A stretch of DNA of 63,025 nucleotides, filler included, from Rhabdomonas costata (GCA_019059605.1; 44 parts of 44 records of this genome joined end to end with filler, not necessarily neighbours in it), one strand, 5' to 3'; positions 36,421 through 50,117 are shown, counted from the whole stretch's first letter. Translations and numbers: made by a program. Notes: a model not told the origin generated them from the letters alone.

Positions 36421-39277
36421 GGAAAACCGTCAACTATCACGTATGGTGTTCGAGTCGCACAAACACCTGCCCTGCTTGGGCGGGACTTGGACCTATATTA
36501 GTAAGGGGATGGGCCTCGGGACCCCCGACAGAGTCACTAACACGTGCGTCGTCACACATATTGCCAGGTTTAATTTGCGCTTGTGTGGTTGCAAATGTTG
36601 TTGGAAAATGTTCAGGCGCCAAGGTAATGTGAGCGTAGTGCTGTCTTAAGTCTTGTCAACTCCATGCTAAAACGAACATTGAATTCGTTCAGGTCAGGCA
36701 TATATGCGCGTAACCAGCACTCGGCTCGAATAATAATGAAAAATTAGCGGGCCTTTCACATTCTGCGAAACAAAAAGTGCGAAGTAGAGAGGCGAGGCAG
36801 GGCACACCTCTTCGTTCTTCCCCGTTGCTTGCTCGCAGGAGCGGGTCGGCACTGAGATCGCCTCTGCCGCAGTGCCGTGCGCAGTTGAAGCCATTGCAAA
36901 AGAAAGAGCGATGGTCCGCAATAGTCAAACGAAGAGAGTGGTGATCAACATTGACCGTCAACAGACAAAGGTGAGCTGGTGAATCGTGTTTGGAGTGGGG
37001 ATGAATACATTGACGGCTATGGGAAGATGTCAGAAGGCGCTTTATGCATTGAAGTCCCGGACCCAAAATAGACGTCTTGGGTAGGGCACAGAACGGCATG
37101 CTGGAGCTTTGTCGCCGAAACGTGCGGCGACAAAAGCGTCAGAATCACCCCCCGAAACACACTGCCAACACCGCCACACCCCAACCCCCACACACACCCA
37201 ACACNNNNNNNNNNNNNNNNNNNNNNNNNNNNNNNNNNNNNNNNNNNNTTAATTAATTAANNNNNNNNNNNNNNNNNNNNNNNNNNNNNNNNNNNNNNNN
37301 NNNNGGTTTTGTTGGTTTTAATTTTTATAAAACTTAAAGCCAACAAAGCCAACAAGGGGAAAACACGCAATACTGTACAAAACAGGGGCTCGGGGATGAA
37401 AAGCAGGGAGCCCCGAAGAAAGGTGCTGGTTGGGGCCACTGCGCGCGAGTGTGAAGGAAAAAACGACCTGTCAAAAGAACTGCGTCGTGTCAAAGCCATG
37501 GTTTGGCTCAGAATGGGCTAGATGATGGGCCATAAAATTCGAAGGGGGTGGATAAATTAAGACTTGTCAAGGGGCAAAACAGAAAAGAGAATTTCAAGGG
37601 GAAAGGGGATGAATGGGAAAGATGTCAGCAAAATCGATGGAATTTCGGGAGGAACGGGTGGAAGGCAAGGATCTGATTTAAATGGGTTTTTTGTGCGGGC
37701 AGAAGCCAGTGCGTAAGAAGAATGCTTCATGTGAATGCACAAAGGACTGACGCATCATTCGGATGTGAGACTGAGTTCTGAGATCTGAGCGGCCACAACA
37801 CAGTTTTCATTCTTTGAAAAAACTAGGCTTCATTGCTGTTTGTGGTGGCAGCCCACCAGTTCTTAAGAAGCTATCTTTGACAGCTTCTTCCTTTAAGAAC
37901 GTTCGTTTTCAGGTATTGCGCGGTTTTCACTACCAATTTATCAATCAGTTTTCGACAAGAGCAACCAACTTTCTGCCAAATAAGACCTTTTGAACTTTTA
38001 ACTTCGAGGATTTGAAGCCACATCTTCTTCGATACGCTGTTTTTTCTTTTGTGTATCTTAACAAGCCTTTTTATCCTGTACAAGGATGCTTCTGACTCAA
38101 GTATTTGACGGATGCGCTTACAAATGGATGATTCTGATCGAATTTGGCTTTTCGTCCGTTCCATTCGAAAATTGAATAAGCACAAGGTGAACTGTTACTT
38201 TGAACTCTATTCAATGCTGTCAACAATTGCAACATGAACTCCATGTAGCAAGTACTTTTTCGATTCAAGAACTAACTTGATTCACAAAGACAAGCGGAAG
38301 CATTAAAAGTATGGCCGTTTGCGGTCTGATGACAAGATATTGGTACCGAAGAGTGGAATGAACGAAATCATGCCGCTCACCACGACCACGTGGTGACAGG
38401 ACATTGTGTATCGATCGTCTAGTCAGCATAATACAGCGTGGAGTCATTGTTTGCCAACACATCAACTCCTGTGACATTTGCGGACACTCCAAAGCAGTCA
38501 ATTACAAGCCCCGTGGATTAAATGGAGCGAGTGTCTATCCCAAAGCAGAAATGACAATTCATCGGAATGCATTGGATCGTACTGTTGCCACCGATTCAAC
38601 TAGAAGGAAATACTTTCGATTCAGTTTTGACAACCACAANNNNNNNNNNNNNNNNNNNNNNNNNNNNNNNNNNNNNNNNNNNNTTAATTAATTAANNNNN
38701 NNNNNNNNNNNNNNNNNNNNNNNNNNNNNNNNNNNNNNNTGTTGGTTGTGCGATTGCCCGCACAGAAAATGAAAAACCCTTGATAGAAACATTCAACCGA
38801 AAAAAAGAACATTTCCCGTTCGTCACAAAGATGAAAACGGAGGTGCTCTGGCGGACTTCGAAGGTCCTTTGAAAGCATGCACCTTGCACCTTCATGGGAA
38901 TTTCGAGAAAGCGGGGCAGAAAAAGAAAGTTTCGCGAGCAAAGTCGATGAACCAAATCAATTTCCAAATAATGATGCCGAAAAGGCGGGAAGGGAAGCCC
39001 AAGAAGATGGCATCGACAAGAAGCAAAGCGTCAGCAAAGGGGGCAAGAACCCGGTCATATCTCCCAGAGAGGCGATTCCCAGTTGGTAGTCCCGGGCATC
39101 CGAGGCAGGAAGGAAGGTCAGCACGTGATCTGTGGTCTGTGACGGAAGTATCAGATGTCCTATTACTGAGACGGTGCGGTGGTCGAACTTCGCAAACAAA
39201 GGAGAAAAGCCACACAATTAAGTGTTGAAACGCGAGTATGCTGGTCAGCCCATACTAAAGGTGAATTGCTGAGCACG

Positions 39278-39385
39278 GCCTGTGCGTGCATTGCCTCCGT
39301 ATGTGTGTCCCAGAACGTGTATGCTCCCTCTTGGTGGATGCGTCCCAGTGCGTGCGCGCGACCTGGGGATTCGGGATTTCCCTGA
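39278..39385 (-). repeat. Dispersed ~110-bp repeat, copy 2
   Basis: Reverse-complement match to 23015-23132, with an internal indel. Confidence 0.85.
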
Positions 39386-39785
39386 TGTAGGTACTTTCGT
39401 GAGAACGGATTTTGGGTGATTGCCGTTTCCTGCTCTGGCGTGGCTTTACCAAGTAAAAAAACAGTAAAGATGCTGGGGAGGAAGGAGGGGGGGGCAACTT
39501 AGGCACCAAAGCGCCAACTCACTTGGAGTAGGGAGCTAGGGACCGCAGCGGGATTCAATCCCTTGCCATGCTCAGCCCCTGAGTATTATTTCACAGCGGA
39601 GCACCCATTAACGCTAATTTCACGATGCAGTGAACTCTGGCAGAACTTTTTTTGGGAGAGGGAAACTCAACACTTTTCTCCTCTTAACCAAGCCGAAATT
39701 ATTACTCCGTCAATTGCGTGTACTAACAAGCCAACGGACATCACTACCCGGGCATTAGTGCAGCGAAGCGAGACGCAACCTGGAC

Positions 39786-39976
39786 CAGAGTAGCGGCGTG
39801 CACGAAGGACTCTGCGAAGATCAGCCGGGAGTGCAGCGACGCAGGCCAGATGGGCTGGTCGGAGATGTCCTGGGTGGCGGCCCATGTGGGGTCGAACTTC
39901 CCCAGGGCCTCTTTGAAAGCCAGCGTGAACTCATCGCCGCTGCGAGTAATGCCGATGCGAAAGACTACCTCTGCAA
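39786..39976 (-). CDS. Exon of an uncharacterised protein
   Basis: AG/GT-bounded, GC3-rich frame AEVVFRIGITRSGDEF...ESFVHAATL. Confidence 0.5.
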
Positions 39977-40394
39977 CTAGGGACGATCGACAAGGGATGA
40001 CGGCGGGGGTCATCAAATACATTCGGATGAGCAGGCGAGGCACACAGCGAGCGATGCATCGTCACAACACAAAANNNNNNNNNNNNNNNNNNNNNNNNNN
40101 NNNNNNNNNNNNNNNNNNTTAATTAATTAANNNNNNNNNNNNNNNNNNNNNNNNNNNNNNNNNNNNNNNNNNNNGGGGTGTGGGTTGGGTAAAGTGTGCC
40201 ATTACCCACTAGATGACGTTATTTTTCGAAGGGGGTTAGGCATATTGTTCTACTCCTCCGTAGATGGCCATTTTTCAAGGTTAACAATTTTCGACCGTTT
40301 AACACCCTTAATCGTTTAACACCCACCCCCAAACGGTAAATGAAAAAAATGCGTTGGGTTGTCATTTGGGCGAAATGCCCTTGGCGGGTCTCGA

Positions 40395-40577
40395 CATCTC
40401 CTTTTTCGACAAAGCAGACCTGCCCAAGGGGCACGTTGAGTGCCTCTGCAGCCACGCCGCAATCGATGGTCGATCAAAGTTGTGACCCTCCCGATCCATC
40501 ACTGGGTCCGCCATGGGCTCCTGGGAGATAGGGCACACCATCGTCTCCGGAATATCCGCGGAGCTAGTGCTTGCCAT
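40395..40577 (-). CDS. U-box domain protein, N-terminal exon
   Basis: IPETMVCPISQEPMADPVMDREGHNFDRPSIAAWLQRHSTCPLGR; exact donor uncertain. Confidence 0.88.
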
Positions 40578-43378
40578 AGGTGCAGAGGGATTGCAACTAT
40601 CCAAAGCTGAAACGTCAGGAAATCAGACGGAGCAAAAGCCCCCGACACAGCGTGCAGCAAACCAATTTAAAGTTCCCCAAGAGTATCCACCATCACATTG
40701 ACCTCCGCTTACTGATCACAAAACAACGGTCATAAAAGAACGGAGAAACCTTTGTGAGACTTAAACTCTTGCTCAATCAACCCATTCACAAATGCTGATG
40801 CTGGTATGTAATGAACCTTTTCCGCTGCATTGCTGAAGTACCAAAGGGTCTGCTGAGCCGAACGCTAATTGTTGTAGCAAAAGCAACTGCACCTGACTTC
40901 TTGCAGTTCCTCTTTGCGAAGTCGGGCAATGGACATACGCACAAGGTGTCCTGGCCAGTCCACCGTTAGAAAGAGGTTGCATAATTGCTCTTGTGTTCCT
41001 GGAATCGGGATGCAACCTCGCTCGAAAAAGTAAGGCCAACACAACGGCTTGCCAGAGTTTGACGTGAGGAGAGTTGAGTGTTTCTTTTCTTGACGATACC
41101 TAGTGGTTTACAGAGCTTCCGCCCAAAAATGGTACACGAATCGCCACAACACAAGACGGAGAAAGAGAGAGACCTTTCGCGGTGCAAGGGGTTGAGCAGC
41201 AAGATGATGAAGACGAAAAGTAAAATGGAGGAGGAGGAGGAGGAGAAGGAGAAGGAGGGGATGAGATAAGAGAGGAGACGGGATACTGAACCCGCCCAGA
41301 ACCAGAATCCCAGAACTCTACACTGCACTGTTTGTTACAATATAACCACTGGGTGTCTGGAGCGGGCAGGAACGGAGACTAGACTGCCTCTTTCCTGGCG
41401 AAAAGTAAACACAGGACGAAAGTGAGGTAGCTGGGACATTCAGGACTTGTCCCGTGTCTCAAAAAAAAGCTGAAAGAGCACGCGCGCATACAAAAAAGGC
41501 AAAAAAAAANNNNNNNNNNNNNNNNNNNNNNNNNNNNNNNNNNNNNNNNNNNNTTAATTAATTAANNNNNNNNNNNNNNNNNNNNNNNNNNNNNNNNNNN
41601 NNNNNNNNNGTTTGTGGGTGTGTACGCAGGGGCAAGTGCCGCGGTCCGCCCCAATCGACTTCCACTGCGGGCGACAGTAGCTCGTAGCTCGTAGCTCGAG
41701 GCAAGCACCCCAAAAAGCGTGAACCGTTCACCCGCGACAGGTGGTGTGCCTGCCCCCGCCCACAAGTTTGCACTCACAGTTCATAGGCCAGTAGTGCACA
41801 AAAAGATGTGGGAAAGCCACGCCAGAGCAAAGCATGGATGCCCTTGTGTCGCCCCAAGGTGTCAACCCCTCCTCCTTCGACGAAAAACCTGAAGCGGTTT
41901 GCTGACTCAGGCGAGGTGGAAACATCCGCGGCTTAGCTTCCCCAGGAGAAGGGTGTTCCTGCGATGCAAAAACCGGCAACTGGAAGTGAGGAATTAGGCA
42001 CGGAGAGACAAAATAGGTCAGCCTACCAAGGCAATACGCTCCATGAAAAAGGTTGGGCATTGGTTTGCACGCACGTTTTCGGTGCGGTTGAGGGAATCAA
42101 AGCAATAATCACAGCGAACAGGGCAAAGAGAACACACCACACCGTACAATAGTACATCAAGACAGCAATTTCAAAACAAAGCTCTTCCTTTGGTATTCCA
42201 CACTCACTCAGAGGGACCACATGAGGACCATATGGACCAAGTGGACCATACCAGCCCAACAGCCAAGGTGATGTCCTTGTGCTCGTAGGTTCTGATTTCT
42301 TTTCCAACACCATTAGAAAACGCCCTGATTGACGGTGGGTCCATTGCGATACACGACTCGACGCCACGAGAGGCTGTGACGTGACGCAAGAGAATAAAAA
42401 AATGAAACAAAGGGAATCAGTCCGACCAAAGGGAGGGGGACAAACAGCAAACGAGAGCCGCGGAGCAGTACCTGGATTTGGCTCGCGGAGGTAAAGTGTG
42501 GGGAGGGCGAGTCGTCCTCGTCTCGTACAGATGGCGAGCGCCCACAGCACAGAAAACGGCAAAAGAATGGCATGGCCACAAAATCGGAAAACCCGAAAAA
42601 AGGGGGAAAGAGAGAAATGAGATGGAGTGAGGCGGGCAGGCGGGCGTTTCGGCCTCACAAGGAGAACCAGAAGAGCTCACCACGGCAACAAGCACCGACA
42701 AAAATACGGGACAGCGCGGAGGAGACGCATTTTCTGCAGGTTCAAAGGCGAAGCACACATCTTCAGAAGGCTATGGGCAAGGGGCACCAAGGAAAGAGGC
42801 ACAAGTTGGAACCCTACGGAGGGATCTACCCCTGCAGTGAGCAGGACAGTGAGCGACGCACATATGAAGTGGTCCTGCTCACAAAAAGGGCATCCTAGGA
42901 GATGCTGCGTGAGAGCCTAACTTCTTCATCGTTGCCAAAAAAACNNNNNNNNNNNNNNNNNNNNNNNNNNNNNNNNNNNNNNNNNNNNTTAATTAATTAA
43001 NNNNNNNNNNNNNNNNNNNNNNNNNNNNNNNNNNNNNNNNNNNNTGTTTGTGGTCCAATGGGGTGTGCAAGCTGGGAGGGTTGGGCGCCCATGAAGAGCA
43101 CTCCGAACGCGAAGGACACCAACCCTGCGAGGGGAGAGTGATATGAAGGAGCGAGACGTAGAGCGGACTGAGAAGGGGGCGAGGCGCATCGGCCCATGCC
43201 TCATCGATGGCTGGGAGCCCAGGGGGAAGAGAAACGCGGGTCTTCCCCCAAGATAAGGCCAGGCCTTGCTGATGATGACCCACTCCGCCGGGGATGGAAA
43301 CGGCAGTCACTGCAGTAACGCATGTGATGACCCCTTTCACCCTCACTTCGCACACTGTTTTTCTCTGCTTTCTCGAAG

Positions 43379-44199
43379 GTCTCTGTGCGGGCTACAGAGC
43401 TTCCCAGTCTGGCCCCCCGGCTGCTGGCTCTTGCCCACAACACCACCGCCTTGGAGGCCATGCATGCCGCACTGCTCGCCGCGCTGCCGTACCTGAGCCC
43501 CAATTTCACCCACCATTACATCCTGCAGCAGCTGGAGGTCCACTCCCACCCAGGGGGCCCGCCCTGGGGCCGGATCTCCCCCTTCAACTACGCCATGTGC
43601 TCGGCCTCGTGCATTGCCGGAGGTTGCCACACCAGCCCCAGTTGCGCCCGGTGGGGGGGGGTCCGAAATTCTGTCCACTTCACAAAAAAATTGAGAACTG
43701 TCCATTAAATGAGAGCATTTCGGACTTACTTGGGAGGAAAAAAGGTTCGAAAAATGAAATACGAACTGAGATGACTCCTTTTTCCCTGTCCTCTTCCCAT
43801 CTTTTCAACATGGAATTCTAAAATTCTCATTTTTAATTTGAAGTGGGCCCTTTTTCCCCTGCGGATGCTTTCAGCGAGATAAGGGTTGCAGAGTGCAGTT
43901 TTTTTTTTAAATCTCTGCTTAAATGTCTTCATATCCCTGTTCAAGATTTTTGAAGCCGTTTTTTTTTTGACGAAAGCGGTATAGTTTTTTTTGCACAAAA
44001 TTCGTGCTGTAAGGATATCTGCCTGAAGAATCCACACGAGACGGTGGGCATGTGTGTCGGGGGAATGGGGCTCGCAGATCGCTGCCCGTGCTCCGGGGCC
44101 TGCCACCGGTTGTGCCAGTGTATTGAGAAGCGGCCACGGCTGCCGCTGGGGGCGACCTGCCCGGACACCCTCTGCACCGGCTCGTGCTCCACAAAGGAG
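43379..44199 (+). CDS. Exostosin/GT47-like C-terminal segment followed by a Cys-rich region; exons 43379-43660 and 44014-44199
   Basis: SVRATELPSL...LEAMHAALLAALPYL resembles the end of the GT47 domain; a phase-0 GT-AG join gives an open Cys-rich frame. Confidence 0.5.
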
Positions 44200-46639
44200 G
44201 TGTGCATCATTTGGGTGACTTCTCCCTCGGGTTTTTTCTTCTTTTTGTCGCCAGTTCTGAGCTGAATACTCTTGCCGAGCACGCCCAATAAATTACAGCA
44301 CGAAGTGGGGGTGCAGGGGGTGGGTCCCCAAAATGCACCGACGCCAAACCCGACAAAAAAGTGTGCTGCCGTACACAACNNNNNNNNNNNNNNNNNNNNN
44401 NNNNNNNNNNNNNNNNNNNNNNNTTAATTAATTAANNNNNNNNNNNNNNNNNNNNNNNNNNNNNNNNNNNNNNNNNNNNGGGTGGGGGGGTGTGGTTCGG
44501 CTCTGCCTGGCACGTCCTCTTGCTGGGTTCAGCCTTCTGTTAGGACTTTTATTAGGAGGTGGGGGAACTAGGTAGTTGAAGTGGGTCCTGGCTCGAGTAT
44601 CGACGTTCATCTCATTTGGTCCAAAACCTGGATAAGTCGGCGTCGAGGTAGATGGTCGTAGATGTGGTGGGAGTGCCGAGAATCGAAAAGTGAATTGAAA
44701 GCTCGAGGTGTAATCGGTCTTCCGCGAGAGTCTCGCGTTGCCTCAGTCGTTGTTTCATAGGCTTGAGATCCACCGCGTCGAGGTTGGGGTTCGGCATCGA
44801 AGCGATTGGCTCCAGGCCGAGTCCGGTGCCAGTCCTGTCGATGATTGGTGTCGGCGATGTGGCTTCAACGATACGCTCGAACCTGAAGAACACTCAGCTG
44901 ACACAACGCCGACAAGCTGGTAGCCAACCTCAACCGGACCGACGTTCCCGCGCCTACGAGGGAATTACACCCGACTACGACTCGAAATTCCGGGACGAAG
45001 CTCGAGGTCTCGGGGTATGGGCTGATTTGGACAGCAGCTCGCCAGAGCTCTGCTTCGACTGTTATCGTTCAGCCTCCAATAAGCGGATTGGTGCTCAGGT
45101 GGTGATGGCTCGTCACTCGGTATTTGTCCGCAGCGGAATGTAGGCCGCTCGTTAGTGATGGGTGTCACTGGGCGTGGTTGGGGTAGGTAGTGGGGGCTAT
45201 AGAGTTGGGTCTAGGCATAGGGTAGGTTAGACGGGTAAAAAAAAATCGCGTTGTGCTCCTGTTAGACGACACCAAAAACCGACACCTACCACCTTGTTCG
45301 GCTAGGGCAATTGGCTCATGGTCATCGTCGATTAAACAAATTTGCTACCGCTGTTCTCGCGCGCCGCAAAATCGATTGAGGGTTTTTTTGGCTCCGAACG
45401 GGTTCCCGTGGAATCCGAAACCAGGATGGCGGATCCTTCGGACACCGGTGGTTGCAAAGGTACTTCGGGCTCGCCGCTGGGACTTTCCCCATCAGCCTGG
45501 GGGCGAAGCCCGACCATCAAGATATTGTGAGACGCGCGGTGTGGCCTCGATCGACCTTTGTTGACAAAGTAGCAAGGTTCGTCCCATTCAAAAGACTTTT
45601 CCCGCAGTCATCCGGAAGCGGGGAACCAATGGGCAGTGGCTACGCTGGACAGAATAGCATGATCCCCCCGGGCTCGAGGCATACCTGGCGAAGAACTCGA
45701 AGGAGGAGGGTCCATGGTTTTTTTGCCTACCCATATTCTCCGGCTGGCGGTCGTGGAACGCATTGAACCCATTTGTTACAGATCGAGCGCGCGCACTGAG
45801 AAACCACCAAAACCNNNNNNNNNNNNNNNNNNNNNNNNNNNNNNNNNNNNNNNNNNNNTTAATTAATTAANNNNNNNNNNNNNNNNNNNNNNNNNNNNNN
45901 NNNNNNNNNNNNNNAAATGGAACTTGAACACACTTAGCAAGACGACCGCCTTCCCAATAAAAAGAGAAACCCATCGCCACGTGCTTTCCGTCTGGTCAAC
46001 TTTTCTCCTGCTATCATACACGATGTGCGTTACCTTAATGCTGCGTTTTGCTCTTCTTCTCACTGGCTTGTTCGCTTGCGGACGAGCAAAACTGGCAATT
46101 CCCAATGTCATATGTATACTCCTTGTCCCTGTTGTTGGACTTCATCAAAAATCTGAGGCAATTGTTTTTCTCTCTCAGTTTTTTATTGTCTACTTCACCA
46201 CAGCGGCGTCTTATCAGCGATTTTGGGCCCGGTTTGTTTAATTCTTTTAATCTTGACAGAGAAGATGAGGGGTGATACATAAACGTATGAGGCCTCAACA
46301 GTCAGGTGGTGGGCTGAAGAGCGGCGGGGCGTGGCGCCCTTCAAAGGGGGGTGCAGCCAAGGGTGGCTACAAGGGTGGATACAAGCCCACCCGAGGCGGT
46401 GGGATTGTCTTCGACACAGGTGCATCGAGCTGCCTGCCTCGAACGTGAGAGAATGGGATACTCCGGCATCTGGTCTTGTGTGGGGTCATCTGGCTTCTTT
46501 TTCTTAGAAAATACGCCTCTGAAATTGGCCGATCGGTTGTCATCAGCTGGGTGCAAATGGAAGGCTCAGTCAGGAGATCACCTTTAGAAATGCAGTTCGC
46601 CAACTGTGGCGAGGTTTGAAGTTGGTTTGTCACGTGCTT

Positions 46640-46830
46640 CTCATCCCAGAATCTGCTCTTCAGGTCTTGCCGCAGGCCCTGTTCTTTGGTGTGTTGTGCC
46701 GGCTTTTTGTCGATTTGTTTCGCAGGCCGTGGACAGCACATTCTGTACAATCCTCTTGTCATCAATGCCATCATCGAGAAAGCAGCGATCCGGTTCTGTG
46801 CCCATTTTTTCTGCTGCGGATATAGCAAGG
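46640..46830 (-). pseudogene. Possible decayed hAT C-terminal dimerisation domain
   Basis: WAQNRIAAFSMMALMTR, then after a frameshift LSTACE...KAG...PE, resembling W...FPxL..AR...S.A.ERxFS.AG. Confidence 0.35.
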
Positions 46831-49119
46831 TTGCGAAAAAAGTGCGTCTGCGATTGCAGCCTTTGGGAACGGGGAGGGCAGTTCAAAGAACGAATCCTGC
46901 TGCTCCCTTGTGAAACGCTTCCGTTACCGTCCGTTATTTGGTAGAATTTCCTTTGGTCGTTAAGGCAGGCAGGCGTTTGCTTCGACAAATTGGTGCCCGC
47001 GCCTGACCGATGGAATAACGTGTTGAGCAACGGGCCAACCGACTACCTAATACTCCCAGAATTAAACTTGATTTGCATATCACAATGTCCATCAGAACCC
47101 CATCCGCCCCCGCCGTTGCAAATGGCTGAGGCTTTGGTGTGCAGAGATCAACGATCACTGGGGTGTGAACCTCAGCATTATAAAATACACAGTAATGGGA
47201 TGAGCTTTTGTTCTAATCCTGAACTTTCCCTTGGTTTATACCACAAACANNNNNNNNNNNNNNNNNNNNNNNNNNNNNNNNNNNNNNNNNNNNTTAATTA
47301 ATTAANNNNNNNNNNNNNNNNNNNNNNNNNNNNNNNNNNNNNNNNNNNNAGTCACGATGCATAGCCTTGCAGTGGGTCTGTGAGCAGCTGCGGCCTGGAG
47401 TGTGATGTGGTGAGAGGGAGATTCAACAAGCCACCCACCTGCTCCAGCGGGGCGGGGGTTGCGTGCTCGGAGGGTGACGAAGCGCCGGCAGCAGACGGAG
47501 AAGTAGGGATCACTGGAATTGCAAGTCGGAGAAAATCCTCTGCAAAGCGACACAGCCCCCACATAACATAATACATGGGGGGGGGGGGTATCATGCTTAG
47601 GAATATCAGCCTTCATTACTTGCAGTTACCAACGTTGATCGTGATCTCACACCCACCCACCCACACCCACCCACACACCTTGAACCATACAAAGAGCGTG
47701 TTCTGTCCAGGGAAAAGTTCTAATAGCAGAGATGACCAGATGCGAGCACTAAGGGGATGCGACTTTCCTGTCACCACACCACCGCGGCCTTTGCTGTGGC
47801 CTTTGCCCAGGAACCCTCTTCTTTCTAACCCCACCAATACTGGACATGTTTTGCACGGATCATGTCAAAAGTGAGAGGTACAGCTGAAACTGAAACTGAA
47901 GTTTTCGTCTTATTCACAGCACATTGTTTTGCTCTTTGTTTGGTGCCCGCCCGCCGGTTCTTGCTGCAATGTGCGAAACCTGGACACTTCGAACGCCATC
48001 TGTGCCACGTGGACCTGTGTTTTTCTGTCCCTTCATCTTGCGAGAGACCAAAAGTTACCGAAGGAAACGATAATTCTGCAAAAACTGATCAATGAACCTC
48101 AAAGACAAGATGCGATGTCATTAAGGTCATTTTAATTTTTGCAAAAAAGGCTGAGAAGCCCAACCGTCGAGAGAGAAAACCATGTCACTGGGTAGCCTTT
48201 TCAATGCGCCGTTGCAAAGATACCTATCCCACCCACCAAGCTATTCAAATGAATAATTCGAAAGAGAATTCTCCAGCAGACTTTTTTCCTGGGGAAATCG
48301 CTTGTAAGGCAAACCTTAGCGCCTCCTTTGGAGCACACCTCAAAAACTCTCACTTGGTGGGGCGGGCAATATTTGGGGACCAGCCTCTTCCCTACAGAAT
48401 CCTCAAGGCGCTTACTCGATCACTGATTTGTCCAACATGTTTTCATCACACCTGGAGATTCTGTCCCAGGTACATTTCCACCACGTTCATTTTCACAGGT
48501 GGGCATGGGTGCCACCGGTGGCCCATCAATAGTTCGATCCAAGCGAAACCACTGTTAGCAGTTCCTCCCTGCCCTTGTCCGGCTCGCGGGGTGTGCCCTG
48601 CGGGAGCTCGCTCTGCATAGCCGCACTCACCTCCTTAGCTGGCTTGGGGTGGCGCTCCCCGTGGCAGGGCAGGCGGAACTGCTNNNNNNNNNNNNNNNNN
48701 NNNNNNNNNNNNNNNNNNNNNNNNNNNTTAATTAATTAANNNNNNNNNNNNNNNNNNNNNNNNNNNNNNNNNNNNNNNNNNNNGTGTGGGTGTGTTTGGG
48801 GGTGGGTGTCTGCTGTACTTTAGCCTTTAGAAGCGACATTTTTTCGCTCTCGCATGTGAAAGAAAACGGAACAATACAAGATTGCCCAAAGATTTCCTGT
48901 GAAAGAACAGAGTGACTGTGTGGGAACCTTTAAAACACAAAAAACAAAGGGGGAAAAATGGAAGGTAAAGCTGTGGAGTAGGCTACAGGCCAATCATCTG
49001 CGGGAGAGCGGTGTGCGTGGTGTGACGTGTTTATAAGACACCCGTGGTAGAGGTGTGAGGTGGTGGTTGCAGGGGGGTAGCCACGTTTCCGATCGTCCTT
49101 CGCATTTTTCTCTGCAAAA

Positions 49120-49660
49120 TAGGTTGTCGCATTCTCGTGCGTATGTCTTCAGGTTCCTATTGTGACCCGCGACATCCACTGCTTCACCTCTTCTCCATTT
49201 TGCTGAACTCGCACCTTCGTCCTGAGGCCTGAATGTGAATGTGTAATTGTGTGGTCCCCCTCCTTGTGTCTCTCTTTCCTTTCGCGCTCCTGCAATGCCG
49301 TATTGTTTCTGTTGTTGTCTCCATGTATGTCTCTATGCGAGGCCTAAGCGTGATGTCTTCTCTGTTGTCGTTTGACGTGAGATGATGGTGGAAAAGGCTT
49401 CTGTTGCATGACGATGGTATGACTTCTTGCCTTCTGAAGTTTGCTTTGGCCGATGCCTTCCCCGAACGGACTGCTAAAGAGGATGACGGTGCGAGGTGAG
49501 AAGGTAACCTGTCGAATTCTGTCCCAAAAAGCCTTTCGATATGGTGGTTCCTTCCACCTGAGCGAAGCATTCCGTTTCCACCGAACGTTTCGCTTGCAGT
49601 TTCGGTGAATTTTTGGCGCGTTCGCTCATGTGGCAACATTGGCGGCATTGAATCCGCTGT
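49120..49660 (-). pseudogene. Possible decayed tyrosine recombinase (VIPER/TATE/DIRS-like retroelement)
   Basis: In order across broken frames: GGRNHHIERL, AKANFRR, YTF/HSGLR, GAS, AGH...TY, giving R-K-HxxR-H-Y-like order. Confidence 0.33.
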
Positions 49661-49907
49661 TGCGAAAAGATTAGCCCTTAGGTGGGGCATCAGGCCCGGT
49701 GAAGCCTCAGCACATGTGGAGCCATACCATCCGAGTGACCGTCTTTCCGCGAAGCGGGCTTGTTTTGTGTTGATGAGCACACTGCTTTGAGATGAGGCCG
49801 ACGCTAATCTCGCAGGTTGTCATGGTCCGTTTTCGAATTCGTTGAGGATTCGACTAATTAATAATTAACTTTGCAAGATGGGCCCTTCGGTCCCTAAGCT
49901 CTGCTTC

Positions 49908-50117
49908 GGGTTTTATTGCTGAACGCAGATTAGAAGCATTTGTATGTGCGTCTGAAACACACAGCAGTATAGCAGTGAAGTAAACTTGCACATCGCCGCT
50001 TAATGATTTTTGGTGTCCGTAATTTGGCGGCGATGTGCAAGTTTACTTCACTGCTATACTGCTGTGTGTTTCAGACGCACATACAAATGCTTCTAATCTG
50101 CGTTCAGCAATAAACCC
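49908..50117. repeat. Inverted repeat (~91-bp arms, 27-nt loop) at contig end
   Basis: 49908-49999 is the reverse complement of 50027-50117, near perfect. Confidence 0.95.

Noticed and set aside
37860..38639. AT-richer minus-strand ORF fragments as a LINE or viral gene
   Set aside because: No RT, endonuclease or viral motif recognisable.
41679..41698. Short (agctcgt)x3 run and similar micro-repeats at 40296-40324 and 42225-42250
   Set aside because: Ordinary short tandem repeats with no further structure.
44480..45814. Transposon-like contig
   Set aside because: Composition differs from host genes, but I found no diagnostic protein motif or terminal repeat.
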